A DNA stretch of 28,205 bases from a bacterium (GTDB lineage: Bacteria; SZUA-182; DTGQ01; JAFGSM01). Positions 9,740-16,081 of this stretch are shown piece by piece (the first letter of the stretch is position 1; every line of letters starts with the position of its first letter). The stretch is taken from contig JBLIRO010000065.1 in the NCBI GenBank assembly GCA_049472335.1, positions 1-28,205 of the forward strand. Direction: 5' to 3'. Under the pieces are notes generated by a model. That model was given only the letters and a program-made list of their open reading frames with translations. It made no database searches and was not told the origin of the DNA. The position numbers were made by a program, and so were the translations under genes.

Positions 9740-10051
9740 ATGTCGAAACAGTTTAAAGTGATTAGGAATGTTAGCCAAAATAAGCCATGCACTCACAAGG
9801 TCTTAATACCTGAAGAACAATTAAAGCATTTCATGAATGTGCTCAACATGGTATTGCAGAATGCCCATGATAGTTGGGCAGATATATGGAATGAATTTCA
9901 AGGCACTGTGACCGACAAGATTTTGATACTACCGGAGGCTGAAAAGGGACACTTCAAACCAAAGTGCGGTTGGCCCGAATTTCTGGAAAAGATGTGGCTG
10001 CTTAAACATTACATTGATTATGCAATGAGATTCAGCAAGGATAAAGGTTAA
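9740..10051 (+). CDS. Hypothetical protein (possible paralog of 1024..1233)
   Basis: ORF with a GGAGG RBS before ATG 9740 (the track starts at 9722). Helical, with a DIW...EFLEKMWLLKHYIDY motif. Confidence 0.75.
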   Translation: MSKQFKVIRNVSQNKPCTHKVLIPEEQLKHFMNVLNMVLQNAHDSWADIWNEFQGTVTDKILILPEAEKGHFKPKCGWPEFLEKMWLLKHYIDYAMRFSKDKG

Positions 10052-10314
10052 ATAGGATTGTCAAAGGCGCAATATACGTTTTTTAAATGATCAGGATGAG
10101 ATTATGATAATAGAATATGCCCTGATTGCCATAAGGGATTTACCTGAAATCCTTTACTCCTCAGTAATGAACTATAAACTCCCTGCAGCCCTTGTGGTTT
10201 TTGGCTTATTTTTCATTATCTTCTTTGCGTTTAAATTAATTAATCTATCATTCTCCTGTCCTTCTTAAAAAAACACACCTTCCATTTATATATATGATAC
10301 TGCCATCCAAGCTA

Positions 10315-10355
10315 TTGACAAAAGGGTATTTATGTGTATAAACTATACACATAAA
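10315..10355 (+). promoter_or_regulatory. Sigma-70 promoter with overlapping TA operator palindrome
   Basis: TTGACA at 10315-10320 and -10 candidates TATAAA/TAAACT at 10337-10344. These overlap the perfect inverted repeat TTTATGTGTATA-AAC-TATACACATAAA (10329-10355). Confidence 0.8.
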
Positions 10356-10377
10356 ATTTATTTTTGGGAGGTGTAAC

Positions 10378-10569
10378 ATGCGAACAAATATAGTGTTAGA
10401 TGATACTTTAATGAATAAAGCTCTAAAAATTGGAGGGTTTAAAACTAAAAAAGCGACAATAGAGAATGCTCTGAGATTATTTATTCAAATAAAAGGTCAG
10501 CAAAAAATCAAAAAATTAAAAGGGAAAATTCATTGGGAAGGTAATCTTGAAGAGATGAGAAAAGATTAA
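10378..10569 (+). CDS. vapB: VapB-family antitoxin (RHH, MRTNI.LDD.L type)
   Basis: MRTNIVLDDTLM..AL...G.KTKK...E.AL...W.GNLEEMR. GGAGG RBS, and it abuts a PIN-domain gene. Confidence 0.92.
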   Translation: MRTNIVLDDTLMNKALKIGGFKTKKATIENALRLFIQIKGQQKIKKLKGKIHWEGNLEEMRKD

Positions 10570-10983
10570 ATGATTTTAATTGATACATCAGGTTGGATCG
10601 AATATTTCAATAATCCGGATCATAAAATTATAAAAGATATTGATTATGGCCTTGATAATGAGTTAATATGTTTGGGTGACCTTATATATTGTGAATTTTT
10701 ACAGGGAGTTAAACATAAAAAAGAACTAATGAGAGTAAAGGATGTTTTTAATACGTTATATAAAGAGAGAATAGGTGGCTTTGATATATGTGAAAAGGCA
10801 GCCCAAAATTATAGGTTTTTGAGATCAATTGGTATTACTGTAAGAAAAACAATAGATGTAATCATTGGAACTTTTTGTATTGAAAAGGGATATGAAATAA
10901 TACATAATGATAATGATTTCATTTATATGGAAAAAAATCTGGGATTAATTTCGTTTAAGAAGCAGGCCGATAACTCATTTTAG
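10570..10983 (+). CDS. vapC: VapC PIN-domain ribonuclease toxin
   Basis: MILIDTSGWIEYF, EFLQG, GITVRKTIDVIIG and HNDNDF acidic PIN motifs. Confidence 0.93.
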   Translation: MILIDTSGWIEYFNNPDHKIIKDIDYGLDNELICLGDLIYCEFLQGVKHKKELMRVKDVFNTLYKERIGGFDICEKAAQNYRFLRSIGITVRKTIDVIIGTFCIEKGYEIIHNDNDFIYMEKNLGLISFKKQADNSF

Positions 10984-11031
10984 CTTTAACCATTTCCTGT
11001 ATAAAAAATTAACTAAAAGGGGGGTTATATA

Positions 11032-11808
11032 ATGGAATACTTTAGGCGGCTTTACCGTTTCTGGTTCCCATGTGGCCTGCACGGCTTATTGTGGTTATTT
11101 CTGGCCTTTGCGCCCATATTTTTCTTCCAGACCACTATTCATGAAGGATCACACAGTCTTGCCAATGCCATTGCAGGTGACGGGCTTGCCAGCTTCGCGC
11201 CTTTTCCTCATTTTAACAGAGGATTTAATTCCAATCTGATGGGTGTTACAGATACGGAGGGTAATGATTTTAATGCAATGCCTCAGATTGTAACAATCCT
11301 TCTAATAGTAGGTGTTGCCCTTACCTGCATTTTTGCAAGGATCCGAAATGGTTCTGCGCGGTTCTTCCTTCATGTTATTTTTCTCGGTATGTGTGTGGAT
11401 TTAATATACAACACCGCAAAGGGACTCGCTGCGGCGGCTGGACCCATGACAGACTGGGGCAGGTTCAGTGCCCAGATTGGCGCGGGGTGGACCACATTTC
11501 TGGCATGGTTATTCTGGCTGATTATGTTCAGCTATTTTGTGTGGGTCTACTTTTCAGCCTGGCACCGGGTAGACAGGGAGCATGGAGGACCCGAGAATCG
11601 TGGCTTCTGGGATTTCCGGCTGATCTGTATGATTCTTCTGATCATATCATTTATAGCCATCCCGGTGTTTTTGGGTGTAAATGATCCTGATATTGTTAAA
11701 GGCAGGTTCTGGTTTTTTTATTTCCTGCTGGTTCTCCATTTCATCATGGTCATATGGGGAATTGTGTATATGATTATGGCAAGCATCCGCCGGGGAAGGG
11801 CTTTGTAA
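11032..11808 (+). CDS. Polytopic membrane protein with HExxH, putative M50-like intramembrane metallopeptidase
   Basis: About 6 hydrophobic segments, TTIHEGSH at the end of the first TM, and a later TDW candidate third ligand. RBS AAGGGGG. Confidence 0.6.
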   Translation: MEYFRRLYRFWFPCGLHGLLWLFLAFAPIFFFQTTIHEGSHSLANAIAGDGLASFAPFPHFNRGFNSNLMGVTDTEGNDFNAMPQIVTILLIVGVALTCIFARIRNGSARFFLHVIFLGMCVDLIYNTAKGLAAAAGPMTDWGRFSAQIGAGWTTFLAWLFWLIMFSYFVWVYFSAWHRVDREHGGPENRGFWDFRLICMILLIISFIAIPVFLGVNDPDIVKGRFWFFYFLLVLHFIMVIWGIVYMIMASIRRGRAL

Positions 11809-11958
11809 AAGTATTGACAACCCGAATAATCTCCTCCAGGGCCTTATCAATTTCATCTAAGGATTTCCAAAATGATTATAGAGGTATGGCAAAATTGCCT
11901 CTGCGACCTGCGGGTCAATGGGTGTTGTCGCATTATAATCTAAATAAACAATACTCAT
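11807..11958 (-). pseudogene. Cysteine desulfurase (IscS/NifS family) remnant with a large internal deletion
   Basis: The minus strand from ATG 11958 (RBS GGGAG) reads [33 protein letters not shown], with the stop at 11857-11859. A shifted frame then gives DEIDKALEEIIRVVNTF, which resembles the family's C-terminal helix. Confidence 0.85.
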
Positions 11959-12090
11959 TTTTCTCTCCCGGTCCCGGATTGGTTTAAGGTTGATCTCTAT
12001 ATTTTATCTCATTTAATAATATATGTCATTGCAAATTATTTTTGTATAACTTATTATTATAATATATTGGAATATCCGATCTATAATTAA

Positions 12091-12183
12091 TTAATTGCCC
12101 TGTCGAAAACAGCGGGGCATCAAAAGAAAAAATCCTTTTTTGAAACGCCCAAAGGGCGGGTAATTTCACCCAAAGAGATTAAA
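12091..12183. mobile_element. Putative non-autonomous IS200/IS605-type palindromic mini-element
   Basis: About 93 bp carrying two GC-rich hairpins in AT-rich DNA (TGCCCTGT..ACAGCGGGGCA and CGCCC-AAA-GGGCG), arranged like left- and right-end hairpins with no ORF. Confidence 0.5.
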
Positions 12184-12391
12184 TGGAGCCATTAAAATCA
12201 AGTAAGAGAAAAAATTCAAAATTCCTGAAGACATTCTTTTAGCAGCATTTTGACTACAAAAAAAGTAGACTCGAAAATGTATAATAGAATTTTACATCTC
12301 GAGCATACCTAAAGTCCCTGGTCAAACAGGCAATCTCAATGATATCATTACTGCTTAAGAGAAGTTACTGAAGGAAAAGGAGTTGAAGATT

Positions 12392-13933
12392 ATGAAGGAT
12401 GAGAGAGCCGCCAGTGAGAAGGATCTCAAACCCAAATATGAAGAGCTTGTTAAACAAAATGAAGAGATGGAGAAAAGAATCAGGGAATTGACCCTTGTCA
12501 ATGAAGAATTGACCGATCAATTTTTCTGCATCGATATCCCTGTAATTGTAGTAAACAAAGACTTGTGTATTCGTCAGTTTAGCTTAAAAGCCGGGGAAAT
12601 ACTTCATATGGATTCCACAGCAATAGGGAGAATCATTACTGATTATAGCAACTACCTCAATGTCCCCAATTTAGAAGGACTAATGCTCGAGGTTATGAAA
12701 AATGGAATTATACGTGAACAAAAGGTGCAGGATAATGAAGGACACTGGTATGATATTCGTTTTATGCCTTGCAGAATCAATAATAATATAGAAGGTTTAA
12801 TTATTGTAGTAATAGACATTGATTCTCTCATGGCTACGGAGCAGATTTTGAGATATAAGCTGAGCAGCCTGATCCATATCCTGGATTATATGGAAGACGG
12901 AGTTTATATTGCCAATCAGAATCATGAGATCGTATATATAAATCCTATGCTCCAGAAGGAATTTGGTATTCCCGAAGGACGCAAGTGTTTTGAATATTTT
13001 CATAACCGCCAGACAGAATGTCCGTGGTGTAAAAACCGTGAGGTTCTCTCAGGGAAAACTGTCAGATGGGAATGGCATTCTCCGAGGACTGAAAAGGTCT
13101 ATGAGCTAATAGATGCACCATTGAAGAATCCTGATGAGAGTATATCCAAGATAGTAATATTTTCCGATATCACGGATCGTAAAAAGGTAGAACAAAGGCT
13201 GCAAGAGAACGAAAATAAGTTTCGTCAATTCATTGAGAGTATGCATGAAGGCATTTGGGTGATAGATAAAGATGATGTTACCACTTTTGTAAATCCTCGT
13301 ATGGCAAATCTCCTGGGATATTCGATAGATGAGATGCTGGAAAAACCCCTATTTTCTTTCATTAAGGAATGTGACAGAAAACTATATCAAAATTACCTGT
13401 TCCGCTGCAGAGAGGGAATAAGAGAATCGCATGATTTCGAATTTATTCGGAAGGATGGTACTTTGATCTACGTGAGGATCGAGTTCTCACAAACCACCGA
13501 TATTAATGGAAATTATATCGGAGCAGTCGCCTATGTTACAGACATTACAGATATCAAGAGACTGGAGGAGGCGCTGAGGGATTCTGAAGCGAAGTTTTTG
13601 GCTCTTGCAGAGAATTCTTCAAATATGATCTTTATTAACCGGATGGAAAGGATACTTTATGCCAGCAGGAAATCCGAAGAGAGCCTGGGATATAAAAAAG
13701 AAGAGCTTTACTCACCCTATTTCAATATATTTACCCTGATTGCCCCGGAATCGAAAGAAAAGCTTCAGGAAGACTTCGCTTTACATCTAAAAGGCGAAAA
13801 GACTGCTCCTTTGCAATTCACCCTTATTTCCAAAAACGGCAAAAGAATAGATGCGCTTCTAACAACAGATGTGATATATAATGCGGGAGAAAAAGCGACA
13901 CTGGGAATAATAACGGATATTAAAAACCCTTAG
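12392..13933 (+). CDS. Multi-PAS sensor protein without an output domain
   Basis: Coiled coil, then a CheB/CheR-fusion-type PAS (DIPVIVVNKDLCIRQF...GHWY..R..P...IEGLIIVVIDID), then three further PAS/PAC units (GRKCFEYFH; EGIWVID..FVNPRMA..RKDG; DIT motifs). It ends at DIKNP*. ATG 12392 follows AAGGAG. Confidence 0.88.
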   Translation: MKDERAASEKDLKPKYEELVKQNEEMEKRIRELTLVNEELTDQFFCIDIPVIVVNKDLCIRQFSLKAGEILHMDSTAIGRIITDYSNYLNVPNLEGLMLEVMKNGIIREQKVQDNEGHWYDIRFMPCRINNNIEGLIIVVIDIDSLMATEQILRYKLSSLIHILDYMEDGVYIANQNHEIVYINPMLQKEFGIPEGRKCFEYFHNRQTECPWCKNREVLSGKTVRWEWHSPRTEKVYELIDAPLKNPDESISKIVIFSDITDRKKVEQRLQENENKFRQFIESMHEGIWVIDKDDVTTFVNPRMANLLGYSIDEMLEKPLFSFIKECDRKLYQNYLFRCREGIRESHDFEFIRKDGTLIYVRIEFSQTTDINGNYIGAVAYVTDITDIKRLEEALRDSEAKFLALAENSSNMIFINRMERILYASRKSEESLGYKKEELYSPYFNIFTLIAPESKEKLQEDFALHLKGEKTAPLQFTLISKNGKRIDALLTTDVIYNAGEKATLGIITDIKNP

Positions 13934-13983
13934 TAATTTAATCCTTTAAACAAAACCGAATTTTGAGGGTTGATCAGCTATAA

Positions 13984-14403
13984 ATGGTTTTCATACTGAA
14001 TAATCTTGCCATTGGTAACTACAACGATGCATTGAATCCGTCTCCGGACATCCAGGCCATGTTATGTGTAGCCCGGGAGAAAGACATTATTGATCCGGGG
14101 GGCATACTCTATCATAAGGTCCCAATAATAGATATGCAGCCTATTCCGGTCACACAGCTTAAAGAATCCGTACAATGGATAAAGGAGCATATCAGCGAAC
14201 ACCGGATCCTGGTTTTTTGCAATGCGGGTGTCGGAAGGTCAACATCCATTGTAGTCTCTTATTTTTGTTGTGTACTGGGTTACAGTTTTGGTCACGCCGT
14301 CGAATATGTGGCAACCAGAAAACCTTACATGTCCACGCTCCCGAATCTCAAAAAGGACATTGAAGAATTAAGAAAACAAATGGCTTCTCATGGACGATCA
14401 TAA
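13984..14403 (+). CDS. Dual-specificity protein phosphatase family protein
   Basis: CX5R active-site loop ILVFCNAGVGRSTS, with an upstream PIID acid loop and N-terminal LAIGN. Confidence 0.88.
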   Translation: MVFILNNLAIGNYNDALNPSPDIQAMLCVAREKDIIDPGGILYHKVPIIDMQPIPVTQLKESVQWIKEHISEHRILVFCNAGVGRSTSIVVSYFCCVLGYSFGHAVEYVATRKPYMSTLPNLKKDIEELRKQMASHGRS

Positions 14404-14410
14404 CTATCTT

Positions 14411-15157
14411 TTATATTATATTGCCGGATACATTGATAAGCCAAATTCCATCAGCCTCAATCTCCAGCTTATAATAACCGGATTCAAGCCCTTCCGCCAC
14501 TGTTCCATAAAAAAATCCTGATTTATTCACAAGCAAGGAAATCTTTTCATTGGTATTACTGTTCAAAAGCCAAACAATAAAATCAGAACCTCCATCGTGT
14601 TGCATTTCAAATATGGTTAATCCACCACTAATCTGAAAATCCTCAGTAATATGCAACCCTTTACCAAAAAACATCTTAGTTTCAGATGGTTGGACGGTTA
14701 CTTTTTCAATATTTCCTGAGACCACTATAATCCAATTACCATCGGCGTCGACCTCTAAGATATAATTCTTGGGAAAAAGTATTTTTGTAACCCTTACATT
14801 GATAAAGCCTGAATTGTTGGCAAGTAATGAGATTTCCTCACCAGTGTCGTAATCCAATAGCCTGACAGTAAAATTAGAAGCCCCGTCATGTTGTATTTCA
14901 AATACTGTTGCTCCGCCATTACTTTTAAATGCTTCGGTTATGTTTACTCCTGTTCCTATAAATTCCAAACCTTCTGAGTCGTCAGGAGTACCTTCTATAG
15001 GACCGGCCCCTTTGCCGCAATAGTTTATAAGGACAGCTAAAAACAAAAGAAAAATTATATAAGCATATCTTTTAATAAATTCTGCTTTGTTGACCGGGAA
15101 TAATTTTGTTTTTAATCCATTGATATATTCGATTGGTTTCCATTTCATAGAAGACAT
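14411..15157 (-). CDS. Exported protein or putative lipoprotein with two tandem ~85-aa beta-rich repeats
   Basis: GGAGG RBS before ATG 15157, a hydrophobic segment ending LAVLINYC, and a duplicated F.G.G..ITE.F...GG.T.FE.QHDG.S.F.V.LL....E.ISLL.N.SGF...Y.LE..ADG.W.I.VSGNI. Confidence 0.8.
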   Translation of the reverse strand: MSSMKWKPIEYINGLKTKLFPVNKAEFIKRYAYIIFLLFLAVLINYCGKGAGPIEGTPDDSEGLEFIGTGVNITEAFKSNGGATVFEIQHDGASNFTVRLLDYDTGEEISLLANNSGFINVRVTKILFPKNYILEVDADGNWIIVVSGNIEKVTVQPSETKMFFGKGLHITEDFQISGGLTIFEMQHDGGSDFIVWLLNSNTNEKISLLVNKSGFFYGTVAEGLESGYYKLEIEADGIWLINVSGNII

Positions 15158-15270
15158 TTCAACCTCCAAATCTTATTTTTGCATGAAAAATCCTTAATAA
15201 ATAAGGCCCTAATAAATAAATTCAATAGGAGGAAGAAACAAAGGAGAGAATCAAATATGATAAATCATTC

Positions 15271-15378
15271 TTAAAAAGTCATTTAGTGGTTCAGATTACC
15301 TTTGGGAGGACCAAAAGTTTTCTTCGCCCGCAAAGGCTTTACAAAAAAAATCAACGCACTCCTTCTATGACTTTTTAA
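15271..15378 (-). ncRNA. Candidate structured cis-regulatory RNA (unassigned)
   Basis: Perfect 12-bp outer inverted repeat TTAAAAAGTCAT/ATGACTTTTTAA enclosing nested stems. G-U pairs favour the minus strand. It lies about 115 nt upstream of the 15157 start. Confidence 0.5.
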
Positions 15379-15537
15379 TAGTTTGTAAAATATCTATATA
15401 TAATTTTAGGATAAATAATGGGAAAAAACAACAAATTTAATAATAAGATATTGTTTTTGCTAGATTTATAAATTCATAAACAAGAATAATGGAAGTAGAT
15501 ATCAGCAATAATCAAATCCGAAGAAGGAAGGGAGATC

Positions 15538-15561
15538 AAAAATAGAACCGTCCCCTTTTTT
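15538..15561 (-). repeat. Inverted copy of the REP-like repeat
   Basis: AAAAATAGAACCGTCCCCTTTTTT is the exact 24-bp reverse complement of 8369-8392. Confidence 0.85.
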
Positions 15562-15712
15562 CCCTTTTTTTTCCCTTTTTTAAAATCCGAGGGGAAAAGA
15601 TATTTTTTTTACGTCTATTAAATTAGAAAACAAAAATCCTTTCATAAGAGGGATAATGGGAATTAGATTTCAATAATAAGAAACAAACACAAAGAAGGGA
15701 GGTGAAGATAAA

Positions 15713-15769
15713 ATGAAGACAAAGACTAATGTAAAGGCTGGGGCATTTGGATATTTTCCATTCTTTTGA
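15713..15769 (+). CDS. 18-aa micropeptide MKTKTNVKAGAFGYFPFF (putative RiPP or signalling precursor)
   Basis: Near-perfect SD AAGGGAGGTGA 7 nt before the ATG. Basic leader ending in Ala-Gly, an aromatic core, and a strong hairpin downstream. Confidence 0.65.
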   Translation: MKTKTNVKAGAFGYFPFF

Positions 15770-15819
15770 TACTATTCCTACCCTGAAATATAACCGTTAA
15801 CTATCAAAGAAACATTGGA

Positions 15820-15871
15820 TTGAGGGTAGATTAGGCGCCTTGAAATGTAGGGCTTTCTGATCTGCCCTCAA
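15820..15871 (+). terminator. 15-bp stem-loop downstream of the micropeptide
   Basis: TTGAGGGTAGATTAG...CTGATCTGCCCTCAA. Its two U-G wobbles pair only in the + transcript. The U-tract is weak. Confidence 0.55.
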
Positions 15872-16081
15872 AATTTATTAGGACAAACTTAAGTTTTCCC
15901 CTTTTTCCTTCAAATAAGGGTCTGATATTTGCATATGAGTTTGACGGATTTTTTGTATAAGGGATTAATATCGTTAAGGTTGAACAAATCAGCATATGGT
16001 GAATATGAAATGGTAGATATTTTTAAAGAACTTAGATGGATTCGGAGACAATTTGTCATAATAAATTAAAGTAAAACAAAT

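Noticed and set aside
10140..10190. Glycine-riboswitch-like words on the minus strand (CTGAGGAGTAAA...TTTCAGGTAAA) near glyA
   Set aside because: Wrong strand and position for controlling glyA, no GGAGA/CCGAAG core, and no downstream gene on that strand.
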